A DNA stretch of 64,000 nucleotides from a virus. The position numbers were made by a program, and so were the translations under genes. Positions 10,701 through 19,144 of this stretch are shown one piece after another (positions within the stretch are counted from its first letter, which is position 1; each line of letters opens with the position of its first letter). Below the pieces are notes generated by a model, which worked only from the letters and a program-made list of their open reading frames with translations, was not told where the DNA came from and ran no database searches. The DNA is taken from IMG/VR virus record IMGVR_UViG_3300044632_001278; one strand, given 5' to 3'.

Positions 10701-13700
10701 AAGTGGTACAAGCGGATCAAACGGCACAAGTGGTACAAGCGGTACTAGTGGCACAAGTGGTACAAGCGGTACTAGTGGCACAAGCGGTACAAGTGGTAGT
10801 AGTGGATCAAGTGGTACTAGTGGATCAAATGGCACAAGCGGCACAAGCGGCACTAGTGGTACTAGTGGTACGAGCGGATCTAATGGCACAAGCGGTACTA
10901 GTGGAACAAGTGGATCTAATGGCACAAGTGGTACAAGCGGCACAAGTGGTACAAGTGGGTCAAGTGGATCAAATGGTACAAGTGGGTCAAGTGGATCAAG
11001 CGGTACAAGTGGGTCAAATGGATCAAGCGGTACAAGTGGATCTAATGGCACAAGTGGCACAAGTGGTAGTAGTGGATCTTCTGGTATAAGTGGCAGCAGT
11101 GGTACAAATGGAACAAGCGGCACCAGTGGCGTAAGTGAATCAAGTGGATCAAGTGGAAGCAGTGGTACTAGTGGCACAAGTGGATCCAACGGTACAAGTG
11201 GCAGTAGTGGTACAAGTGGTACAAGTGGTAGTAGTGGTACAAGTGGATCAAATGGAAGCAGTGGCACAAGTGGAAGCAGTGGTACTAGTGGCACAAGTGG
11301 ATCTAACGGTACAAGTGGTACTAGTGGTACTAGTGGTACTAGTGGTACAAGCGGTACTAGTGGTAGTAGCGGATCGTCTGGTATAAGTGGGTCAAGTGGA
11401 TCAAGTGGCACAAGTGGTACAAGCGGATCGAACGGCACCAGTGGGTCAAGTGGATCAAGTGGATCAAGTGGCACAAGCGGATCAAGTGGATCAAGTGGTA
11501 CAAGCGGATCTAACGGTACAAGCGGATCTAACGGTACAAGTGGCACAAGTGGATCCAACGGTACAAGTGGTAGTAGCGGATCGTCTGGTATAAGTGGTAG
11601 CAGTGGAACAAACGGCACCAGTGGTACAAGTGGCACAAGTGGTATAAGCGGATCAAACGGTACAAGTGGTAGTAGCGGATCGTCTGGTACTAGCGGATCA
11701 AGTGGATCTAACGGTACAAGTGGTACAAATGGTACTAGTGGCACAAGCGGTACAAGTGGATCTAATGGTACCAGTGGTAGCAGTGGCACAAGTGGTACAA
11801 GCGGATCAAGTGGTACTAGTGGCACAAGCGGAACAAGTGGAACAAGCGGCAGTAATGGATCAAGTGGCACAAGTGGTATAAGTGGGTCAAATGGTACTAG
11901 TGGCACAAGCGGTACTAGTGGTAGTAGCGGATCGTCTGGTGTAAGTGGATCAAGTGGATCAAGTGGGTCAAGTGGGTCAAGTGGATCAAGTGGGTCAAGT
12001 GGATCAAGTGGTACAAGTGGATCAAGTGGGTCAAATGGTACTAGTGGCACAAGCGGAACAAGTGGATCAAGTGGGAGCAGTGGTACCAGTGGCACTAGTG
12101 GTACGAGTGGATCAAATGGTACCAGTGGAACGAGTGGAACAAGTGGTATAAGTGGGTCAAATGGTACAAATGGTACTAGTGGCACAAGTGGAACAAGTGG
12201 ATCAAGTGGTAGCAGTGGTACTAATGGTACTAGTGGTACAAGTGGTATAAGCGGATCAAATGGCACCAGTGGAACAAGCGGAACAAGTGGTACCAGTGGT
12301 ACTAGTGGTAGCAGTGGTACAAGCGGATTTAGTCGTGATAGTGGTAGCAGTGGTAATAGTGCCACAAGTGGTAGTAGTGGTACAAGTGGTAGTAGCGGTA
12401 CAAGTGGAACAAGTGGTAGCAGTGGTCAAAACGGAACAAGCGGAACAAATGGAACGAGTGGCACTAGCGGAACAAGTGGAACTAGTGGTAGCAGTGGTAG
12501 CAGTGGTATTAGTGGTAGCAGTGGTAGAAATGGAACCAGTGGTACAAGTGGCACAAGCGGAACAAGCGGAACAAGTGGTACTAGTGGTAGCAGTGGTACA
12601 AGCGGATTTAGTCGTGATAGTGGTAGCAGCGGTAATAGTGCCACAAGTGGTAGTAGTGGTACAAGTGGTAGTAGCGGTACAAGTGGAACAAGTGGTAGCA
12701 GCGGTCAAAACGGAACAAGCGGTACTAGTGGCACAAGCGGAACCAGTGGTAGTAGTGGTAGTAGTGGTAGCAGTGGTACAAGTGGTACAAGTGGTACGAG
12801 TGGTCGAAATGGAACCAGTGGTACAAGTGGTACAAGCGGAACCAGTGGTACAAGTGGAAGTAGTGGTACAAGCGGATTTAGTCGTGATAGTGGTAGCAGC
12901 GGTAATAGTGCCACAAGTGGTAGTAGTGGTACAAGTGGTAGTAGTGGAACGAGCGGCACAAGTGGTAGTAGCGGTCAAAACGGAACAAGTGGAACAAACG
13001 GAACAAGTGGCACAAGTGGAACGAGCGGAACAAGTGGTAGCAGTGGCACAAGTGGTCGAAATGGAACCAGTGGAACAAGTGGTAGCAGTGGTACGAGTGG
13101 CACAAGCGGAACGAGTGGTAGTAGTGGTACTGTTGGTACAAGTGGAACAAGTGGTGTAAGTGCTGGTGGAGGTGCTAGTGCTAGTAGTGGAAGTAGTGGT
13201 ATAAGTGGAACTAGTGGTAGCAGTGGTACGAGTGGCACTAGTGGTATTAGTGCTCCTAGTGGTACCAGTGGAATTAGTGGTGGTAGTTTTACTGATCAGC
13301 CTAATTATTTGGTAAAAACTACTGGTCTTACTACGTTACAGAGTGTTAATTTTTTAAGTGTGGATGGTACTACATTAACAGTTGTTGGAACTGTTAGTGC
13401 TACTACATTGATAGAAACGTCTAGTGAAAATACTAAAACGGATATTATGCCTTTATTGCCGCCGCAATTGGACAAGATTGTGTTATTGAATCCGGTGACA
13501 TTTAGGTATAAGAACAACAATGAATTTAGTATTGGTTTGATAGCTGAAGAGGTTGTGAAGATATATCCTGAATTTGTTAGTTATGATGAGTTGGGTAATA
13601 TATCTGGTATAAATTATAGTAAATTGACAGCTGTATTGATACAGGGTGTTAAAGAATTGAAGCAGATAGTTGATGAACAACAAATAACAATAAATCGATT

Positions 13701-13713
13701 GATAAATAAATAA
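7705..13713 (+). CDS. Giant Gly-X-Y (GTS/GSS/GSN) collagen-like fibre protein with C-terminal peptidase S74 intramolecular chaperone
   Basis: About 1730 aa with Gly at every third position and few interruptions. The C-terminus TSSENTKTDI...LNPVTFRYK...IGLIAEEV...INYSKLTAVLIQGVKEL is the endosialidase-type chaperone with its Ser/Lys pair. The N-terminus has a TWVFDHNL...TATITF fibre-attachment-like domain. Confidence 0.85.
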   Translation: MSTLKKDPCEVSPIKLDNALYDYKKLTATFKDPTTELFLKIIDELRKIIYCRTSSQFFNNVATKQIPCDQKSKTWVFDHNLNSDLVLIQTYDENFNQLIPETIVLNNDNTATITFSFDACGYIIGVSGNISTSGTSGTGTSGSSGSSGEKGSAGSSGTSNTSGTSGTSTSSGTSGSQGTSGTNGEGGSSGQSGDIGTSGTSGENGSSGTSGSSGLLDGSSGSSGTSTTSGTTGTSGTRGSSGRSGTSGSSGTSGSSGTSGTSGTSGTSGTSGTNGTSGSSGTSGTSGSSGTSGTNGSSGTSGSSGSSGTSGSSGTSGTSGSSGTSGTSGTSGTSGSSGSSGSSGTSGTSGISGSSGSNGTSGTNGTSGTSGTSGTSGTSGTSGTSGSSGNSGSSGSNGTNGTSGTSGTSGTSGTSGTSGTSGTSGTSGTSGTSGSSGSSGSSGSNGTNGTNGTNGTSGTSGTSGTSGTSGTSGSSGSSGSSGSSGSSGSNGTNGTSGTNGTSGTSGTSGTSGTSGSSGSSGSSGLSGSSGSSGTSGSSGSSGTSGSNGTNGTSGTSGTSGTSGTSGTSGTSGSSGSSGTSGSNGTSGSNGTNGTSGSNGTSGTSGTSGTSGSSGTSGTSGSSGTSGSNGTSGTSGSNGTSGSNGTSGTSGTSGTSGTSGTSGSSGSSGSSGLSGSSGSSGTSGSSGSSGTSGSNGTNGTSGSSGTSGSSGSSGTSGSSGSSGTSGSNGTSGTSGSNGTSGSSGTSGTSGSSGTSGTSGSSGSSGSSGSSGSSGSSGTSGSNGTSGTSGTNGTSGSSGSSGLSGSSGSSGTSGSSGSSGSSGTSGSNGTSGSSGSNGTSGTSGTSGTSGSNGTSGSSGTSGSSGSSGTSGSNGTSGTSGSSGSSGISGSSGTSGTSGSSGTSGSSGSNGTSGSNGTNGTNGTNGTSGTSGSSGTSGTSGTSGSSGTSGSNGTSGTSGSNGTSGSSGTSGTSGTSGTSGTSGTSGTSGSSGISGTSGSNGTSGTSGSNGTSGTSGTSGTSGTSGTSGTSGTSGSSGSSGTSGSNGTSGTSGTSGTSGTSGSNGTSGTSGTSGSNGTSGTSGTSGTSGSSGSNGTSGSSGSSGTSGSNGSSGTSGSNGTSGTSGSSGSSGISGSSGTNGTSGTSGVSESSGSSGSSGTSGTSGSNGTSGSSGTSGTSGSSGTSGSNGSSGTSGSSGTSGTSGSNGTSGTSGTSGTSGTSGTSGSSGSSGISGSSGSSGTSGTSGSNGTSGSSGSSGSSGTSGSSGSSGTSGSNGTSGSNGTSGTSGSNGTSGSSGSSGISGSSGTNGTSGTSGTSGISGSNGTSGSSGSSGTSGSSGSNGTSGTNGTSGTSGTSGSNGTSGSSGTSGTSGSSGTSGTSGTSGTSGSNGSSGTSGISGSNGTSGTSGTSGSSGSSGVSGSSGSSGSSGSSGSSGSSGSSGTSGSSGSNGTSGTSGTSGSSGSSGTSGTSGTSGSNGTSGTSGTSGISGSNGTNGTSGTSGTSGSSGSSGTNGTSGTSGISGSNGTSGTSGTSGTSGTSGSSGTSGFSRDSGSSGNSATSGSSGTSGSSGTSGTSGSSGQNGTSGTNGTSGTSGTSGTSGSSGSSGISGSSGRNGTSGTSGTSGTSGTSGTSGSSGTSGFSRDSGSSGNSATSGSSGTSGSSGTSGTSGSSGQNGTSGTSGTSGTSGSSGSSGSSGTSGTSGTSGRNGTSGTSGTSGTSGTSGSSGTSGFSRDSGSSGNSATSGSSGTSGSSGTSGTSGSSGQNGTSGTNGTSGTSGTSGTSGSSGTSGRNGTSGTSGSSGTSGTSGTSGSSGTVGTSGTSGVSAGGGASASSGSSGISGTSGSSGTSGTSGISAPSGTSGISGGSFTDQPNYLVKTTGLTTLQSVNFLSVDGTTLTVVGTVSATTLIETSSENTKTDIMPLLPPQLDKIVLLNPVTFRYKNNNEFSIGLIAEEVVKIYPEFVSYDELGNISGINYSKLTAVLIQGVKELKQIVDEQQITINRLINK
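8101..13290 (+). repeat. 9-nt-period coding tandem repeat (GGN ACN/TCN/AGY AGY/AAY)
   Basis: Directly visible, about 5.2 kb. It includes three higher-order copies of a GFSRDSGSSGNSATSG block at 12325, 12604 and 12874. Confidence 0.95.
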
Positions 13714-13722
13714 TTATATTAT

Positions 13723-16700
13723 ATGGCAATATTACAAGGTGCTCGAATTACAGGATCAATTATAGCTACAACTTTTATTAAAGCTAGTGGTTTCAGTGGC
13801 AGTTTAACTGCTTCTAGATTGTATGTACAAGGATCGGTTGGTATAGGCACAACAAGTCCTGTTTATAAATTGGATGTAGTTGGTTCTGTGTATAGTTCTA
13901 ATTATTTTTCAGTATTAACCGCAGCAACATATGGTCCAAGTGATAATAGTGCGGCAATGCAAGTGTTTGGATCAACTGGTTCAGGTGGATTAACAAATAC
14001 TATAAAGTTTGTTACAGTTGGTAGTGAAAGAGTTCGTATTGACAACAATGGTAATGTTGGTATAGGTACAACAAGTCCTACGGGAACTTATGGAAAGTTA
14101 AGTGTAGCAGGCGGTATTCGTATATTAGATGATAATAATGCAAAATTAGAAATTGGTAGATATTCAAGTGGTGCATCCAATTCTTATATTAAACTGGGTT
14201 CAAATTCTAATAGTTTAAGAATTACTAATAATACTGATGCGGCTGATATCTTTACTATAGAAAATGGTGGTAATGTTGGTATAGGTACAACAAGTCCTAA
14301 TTATTTAACGGATATACAATCAACAACAAGTCCACAAACTTTAAATTTAAAATTAAATAAAACATCTACAACAAATGACTACGCAGAAATTGCATTTCAA
14401 TTATGGAGTGGCGCCGGTTCAGGAGCAAATACATTTGGCGGATCAGGAACTTCTAGACCAAGCGTGGTTTTAAGAGCATTAAATGAAAATGGAGGTACCG
14501 CTGCAGGTGCTTTTATAGTGGGAACATTTACAGGCGGATCAGATAATTCAACACTGACAGAAAAATTTAGAATTACATCAGTCGGTAACGTAGGTATAGG
14601 TACAACAAGTCCAAGTCAATTATTAGAAGTAGCTGGGTCTAGCCCAATAATTAGAGTATTGGCCACATCAGGTAATTCTACATTAAGATTAACTGATAAT
14701 GGTGTAAGAAATTGGGATCTAAAAGTTGTAGATACTTCAGATTATTTTGAAGTAGGTGGTACATCCGCAACTTCATTGGTTGTAACAGGAGCAGGTAATG
14801 TTGGTATAGGTACAACAAGTCCTGTATTTTCATTGGATGTGACAGGTGGTGTTGGATTAAATACATCTGGAACTGGAGTATCCGTAACAATTGGTGCAAA
14901 TAATACATCTGATAGATATTTACGCATTAGAAATTCAAATGGTAATTTTGAAATTGGAAGTGCTGGAAATCAACATTATTTATATGGTGTTGGTGCTAGT
15001 AATTTCTTTACTATCTACACAAATTCATCCGAACGATTCAGAATTGCAGCCGATGGTAATGTTGGTATAGGTACAACAAGTCCATCACAAAAATTAACTA
15101 TAAATAATGGTTCTTCAACAGGAGCCGGTGCAGTATATCCAATTAGATTATCTGGAGGAACAATGACTAGTGTTGGTGACTCTACTGGTTTATTGTTTAT
15201 ACAAAGAGATGCAAATGATGATTACGGTGCTTATATAAGACTATATACTACTCAAGCCAATCCTCAATATTTAAATCCAAGACTTGAATTTGGTGTACAA
15301 ACTACAGATACAAATGTACTTGGTAGTGTTGTTACTAGAATGGTAATAACAGGAGATGGCGATGTGGGTATTGGTACAACATCACCAACTGCACAATCAA
15401 ACTATAGATTTTTACAAGTTAACGGCACCAATTCGGCGGTTATTGAAACGATGGTTGGTGGTTCAAGAATTGGTGGATTTGATTCAAGTGCATCAGCTTT
15501 GTATGTAGGTTCAATTGGTAGTTATCCTGTTGTATTCAGAACGGCAGTTGATGAAAAAATGCGTATAGCTACAGATGGTAATGTGGGTATAGGCACAAGT
15601 ACTCCTGCTTATAAATTGGATGTGGTTGGTTCTATAAATACAAGCAACTTCATGTTTGTTTCATATCCATATGGCAACGCATTTCCATTACAATTAACCG
15701 CCAATAACTTTCTAAAAGCTGATAACTATTATTATGGAATGTCAATTAATACAGGAGATGTAAATTATATTTCTGGTAAGTTCCTAATTAATGGTGGTAC
15801 ATATAAGAGAGTAGAACTATATGGATACGAAAATAGTGTTGGATATATACCAACCATAATTCCAGGTGGATGTGTTGGTATTGGTACGATAATTACAAAT
15901 TCAGGTTTACAAATACAAACAGAAGGAACAAATACTACGTCTGGTTCATTCTTGTTTGTAAGATCTACAAATTCAAGTTTTGGTGGTGGGGCAATTGGTG
16001 TTGGATATGATTATGCAGCTGCAGTTGGAGCTAATTTCTATCCATTTAGAATTAGAGCTGGTAGTACCAACACTATATTATTGATAAATAGTGCGGGTGT
16101 AGTTTATGCGGGTGATACTACAGGAGCAGTTGCTTATGGTAATCATGACCCATATTATGCTTTTAATCAAGATACCAATACTGGTATGGATTGGGCAGCC
16201 GCTGATACACTAACATTTAAAACAGGTGGTAGTGAAAGAATGCGTATTGCTTCTAATGGCAGTGTTGGCATAGGTACAACAAGTCCTAATTATACACTTC
16301 AAGTTAACGGAACTTTTTACGTAAACAGCACAACATATATGAATGGATCTTTGACAGTTGAAGATTCATTCATAATAGATGGTAGGTTGGCAGGTAGTTT
16401 TGGTACGGGTTCTATACTAATGAAGAGTGGAAATTCTTCTGGTACTTGGAATCAATTTAATATATTTTACTATAAAAACTCAAGTATCGATAGACTCGGT
16501 TTTGTTGATGGTGGTTCTGTAGAAATATTAACTCTAAAAAATGGTGGTAATGTTGGTATAGGCACAACGAGTCCTGTTAATAAATTGCATATAAGTGGAT
16601 CTTCTACAAATTTACCACTTAAATTGGAAGGATTGACAAGTAACGCAACTGGATATTTTCTAACAGTTGATAATACAACCGGCGTTGTATACAAATCTAC

Positions 16701-17211
16701 CGGTGGTGCTAATGGAACAAGTGGCACCAGTGGCGCAAATGGCAGTCCAGGTGGTGCGGGTAGCAGTGGTACCAATGGAACGAGTGGCACCAGTGGCGCA
16801 AATGGTAATCCAGGTACCAGTGGCACTAGTGGCGCAAATGGTAATGCTGGGTCTAGTGGTATTACTGGTACCAGTGGTACTAGCGGTGTCACAAATATAA
16901 AAGCATGGATTCACTTTAATGGAACAGGCACACCATCATCTAACGCGTCTAATAACGTATCATCCATAACTGATAATGGTACCGGCGATTATACAATTAA
17001 CTTTACCACTGCATTTTCTAATGCAAATTATGTGGTAGCTGGTACAGCAACTTATCAATATGAAAATCCCGGTCAATCTATAAATAATATGTTTATTGCA
17101 GTACCAAGAAGACCTACAGCACAATTAGCTGGTAGTTGTAGAATTTCTACGCCTGGTTCTGATAACGTATTATACGATTGCGATTATGTTAGAGTATTAT
17201 TTTCAAATTAA
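13723..17211 (+). CDS. Modular tail fibre / adhesin with 11 GxVGIGT repeats
   Basis: Eleven G(N/S/D/C)VGIGT(TSP) junctions separate divergent beta-rich modules. A short GTS collagen segment is followed by the C-terminal KAWIHFNG...SSITDNGTGDYTINF domain typical of phage fibre tips. Confidence 0.8.
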   Translation: MAILQGARITGSIIATTFIKASGFSGSLTASRLYVQGSVGIGTTSPVYKLDVVGSVYSSNYFSVLTAATYGPSDNSAAMQVFGSTGSGGLTNTIKFVTVGSERVRIDNNGNVGIGTTSPTGTYGKLSVAGGIRILDDNNAKLEIGRYSSGASNSYIKLGSNSNSLRITNNTDAADIFTIENGGNVGIGTTSPNYLTDIQSTTSPQTLNLKLNKTSTTNDYAEIAFQLWSGAGSGANTFGGSGTSRPSVVLRALNENGGTAAGAFIVGTFTGGSDNSTLTEKFRITSVGNVGIGTTSPSQLLEVAGSSPIIRVLATSGNSTLRLTDNGVRNWDLKVVDTSDYFEVGGTSATSLVVTGAGNVGIGTTSPVFSLDVTGGVGLNTSGTGVSVTIGANNTSDRYLRIRNSNGNFEIGSAGNQHYLYGVGASNFFTIYTNSSERFRIAADGNVGIGTTSPSQKLTINNGSSTGAGAVYPIRLSGGTMTSVGDSTGLLFIQRDANDDYGAYIRLYTTQANPQYLNPRLEFGVQTTDTNVLGSVVTRMVITGDGDVGIGTTSPTAQSNYRFLQVNGTNSAVIETMVGGSRIGGFDSSASALYVGSIGSYPVVFRTAVDEKMRIATDGNVGIGTSTPAYKLDVVGSINTSNFMFVSYPYGNAFPLQLTANNFLKADNYYYGMSINTGDVNYISGKFLINGGTYKRVELYGYENSVGYIPTIIPGGCVGIGTIITNSGLQIQTEGTNTTSGSFLFVRSTNSSFGGGAIGVGYDYAAAVGANFYPFRIRAGSTNTILLINSAGVVYAGDTTGAVAYGNHDPYYAFNQDTNTGMDWAAADTLTFKTGGSERMRIASNGSVGIGTTSPNYTLQVNGTFYVNSTTYMNGSLTVEDSFIIDGRLAGSFGTGSILMKSGNSSGTWNQFNIFYYKNSSIDRLGFVDGGSVEILTLKNGGNVGIGTTSPVNKLHISGSSTNLPLKLEGLTSNATGYFLTVDNTTGVVYKSTGGANGTSGTSGANGSPGGAGSSGTNGTSGTSGANGNPGTSGTSGANGNAGSSGITGTSGTSGVTNIKAWIHFNGTGTPSSNASNNVSSITDNGTGDYTINFTTAFSNANYVVAGTATYQYENPGQSINNMFIAVPRRPTAQLAGSCRISTPGSDNVLYDCDYVRVLFSN
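14050..15083 (+). repeat. Four identical dispersed 29-bp repeats GGTAATGTTGGTATAGGTACAACAAGTCC
   Basis: Exact copies start at 14050, 14269, 14794 and 15055. Near-copies at about 13831, 14584, 16258 and 16546. Confidence 0.9.
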
Positions 17212-17225
17212 ATTTAATATAACAC

Positions 17226-17254
17226 TTGACTTTTGCTTTTATATAAAGTATAAG
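17226..17254 (+). promoter_or_regulatory. Sigma70-like promoter
   Basis: TTGACT-N17-TATAAG in the intergenic region. Confidence 0.5.
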
Positions 17255-17366
17255 CTAAAGCTAGCGCTTAGTTAACTAAATGGTTAAGTTAATTATTAAA
17301 TAATAATACTAAAATATTGATAGTTAAATTAACTGTAAGCGCATAATATGCTACTATTTATTATAA

Positions 17367-18530
17367 ATGATTACTAATAAACATAAAATATATTTGGATA
17401 TGGATGGTGTGATAAGTGATTGGGAATTGCAATTCAAGCGATATAGTGGTGGTGTACCTGTTGAAACTTATGATGCTGAACACGGTAAAAAGAATAGATT
17501 TAAGTTTGTAGATAAGAATTGTCCTGAATACTATTCTAGTATGCCTTGGATGAAAGATGGCAGATTGCTTTATAATTTTGTATCAAATTTGCCTGTAGAG
17601 ATATTGAGTCATGCGCCTACCAATTTGGCATATGTTGGTAAAAAGCAGTGGTTAGCCAATAACAATATTGATATTAAAGCTAATTTGGTACCGCATAGAA
17701 ATTTAAAAGCAAAGTTTGCAACTCCTGATAGTATTTTGATAGATGACCGTGAAGATAATGTAAATGATTTTATCAAAGCTGGTGGTAAAGCAATATTGCA
17801 TAAAAGCGCAATAGATACAATTAATAAACTAAAAGAAATGTTGGGTATCAAAGAATCTCATAGAATTTATAATAGCATTTTAAATCCTGAGATATGGGCT
17901 ACTGAAAATGCTATTAAACCTGATGTATTAAACAAGTTATTAACTATTGCAAATACTTTTTACAAAGATACTGATTTGAATGTACCTCTTGAAAATATAT
18001 ACTTTCTTGGTAGTACTGCCGGATATAATTGGACACCAACAAGTGATATTGACTTACATTTGGTTGTAGATTTTTCCAAAATTGATCCAAATGAAGAACT
18101 GGTTAAGAATTATGTGGATGGCTTAAAAAGCAAATGGAATGAAAACCACAACATTAGAATTGGCAATCATCCAGTGGAAGTTTACATTCAAGATATTAAA
18201 GAGGTCAATAGAAGTCAAGCTGTATATAGTTTGATGAAAAATGAATGGGTAAAAAAGCCAAAAATAGAAGACATTCAGATTGATAAAGATGCTATTACAA
18301 AGAAATACAAACAATATGTTTCGTTTATTTCCACAGCTATAAAAGAACAAAATTTAGATAAATTAAAGCGTTTAGTTAAACGTTTGTATGAAATGAGAGA
18401 AGCTGGATTAAGTAAGAGCGGCGAGTATAGTACAGAAAATTTGGTGTTTAAACTTTTAAGATCCACAGGTTACGTCAATCAACTAAAAAATGCTATCACA
18501 AATATTACAGATAAAAATTTGAGTAAATGA
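17367..18530 (+). CDS. Fusion: HAD-family 5'(3')-deoxynucleotidase plus Pol-beta-superfamily nucleotidyltransferase
   Basis: N-terminal IYLDMDGV (HAD motif I) and ILIDDREDN (motif IV). C-terminal FLGSTAGYNWTPTSDIDLH (GS-x-DxD) and VEVYIQD. Confidence 0.75.
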   Translation: MITNKHKIYLDMDGVISDWELQFKRYSGGVPVETYDAEHGKKNRFKFVDKNCPEYYSSMPWMKDGRLLYNFVSNLPVEILSHAPTNLAYVGKKQWLANNNIDIKANLVPHRNLKAKFATPDSILIDDREDNVNDFIKAGGKAILHKSAIDTINKLKEMLGIKESHRIYNSILNPEIWATENAIKPDVLNKLLTIANTFYKDTDLNVPLENIYFLGSTAGYNWTPTSDIDLHLVVDFSKIDPNEELVKNYVDGLKSKWNENHNIRIGNHPVEVYIQDIKEVNRSQAVYSLMKNEWVKKPKIEDIQIDKDAITKKYKQYVSFISTAIKEQNLDKLKRLVKRLYEMREAGLSKSGEYSTENLVFKLLRSTGYVNQLKNAITNITDKNLSK

Positions 18531-18593
18531 TAAAAAACTTTATATAAAACTAAATCGTTTAATATTTATATTCAAGAACAATAAGGTAAAAAT

Positions 18594-19085
18594 ATGGCAG
18601 AACTACTAAATCCAAGTGAAATATTCGCTACGGCATTCGAACCAAAAGTAAAGAATCGTTTTATTCTTTATGTTGATGGTATTCCATCATTCATCATCAA
18701 AAAGGTCAATCGTCCTAAACTAACACAAGCCAAGAAGGAACTTGACCATATTAACGTAAAAACCTACTACAAGGGTAAAAGTGTATGGGATGAAATCAGT
18801 ATGGAACTTTATGATCCAATTGTACCATCCGGTGCTCAAGCAGTAATGGAATGGGTACGTTTGCACCACGAATCAGTTACTGGTCGTGATGGTTACCAAG
18901 ACTTCTATAAGAAGGATCTAACAATTAACGTCTTGGGTCCAGTAGGTGACAAAGTAGAAGAATGGAAGTTGGTAGGTTCATTTATCGTAAGCGCTGATTT
19001 CCAAGAAATGGATTGGAGCGATGACGGTGCTGCTCAGATGATCAGTTTATCTGTAGCATACGATTACGCAATTCTCCAATATTAA
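18594..19085 (+). CDS. Tail tube protein (T4 gp19-like)
   Basis: FEPKVKNRFIL...YDPIVPSGAQAVMEW...DFYKKDLTI..LGPVGDKVEEW...YDYA, 163 aa. Confidence 0.85.
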   Translation: MAELLNPSEIFATAFEPKVKNRFILYVDGIPSFIIKKVNRPKLTQAKKELDHINVKTYYKGKSVWDEISMELYDPIVPSGAQAVMEWVRLHHESVTGRDGYQDFYKKDLTINVLGPVGDKVEEWKLVGSFIVSADFQEMDWSDDGAAQMISLSVAYDYAILQY

Positions 19086-19104
19086 TATTTATTGTATCAA
19101 AAAG

Positions 19105-19132
19105 AACCCCACATTTATTTGTGGGGTTTTCT
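19105..19132 (+). terminator. Rho-independent terminator after the tail tube gene
   Basis: AACCCCACA-loop-TGTGGGGTT followed by a T-rich tract. Confidence 0.7.
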
Positions 19133-19144
19133 ATTTATTACTAT

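Noticed and set aside
8274-12365. 1363-aa minus-strand PLV/PLD ORF and the many QVVQ or TTTC ORFs over the repeat
   Set aside because: Shadow frames of the 9-nt Gly-X-Y repeat. Only the + frame has unique flanking domains and an upstream signal.
13831-16575. CRISPR array, DGR or shufflon at the 29-bp repeats
   Set aside because: The repeats are in-frame coding, direct and hundreds of bp apart. No cas, reverse transcriptase or invertase gene is in the window.
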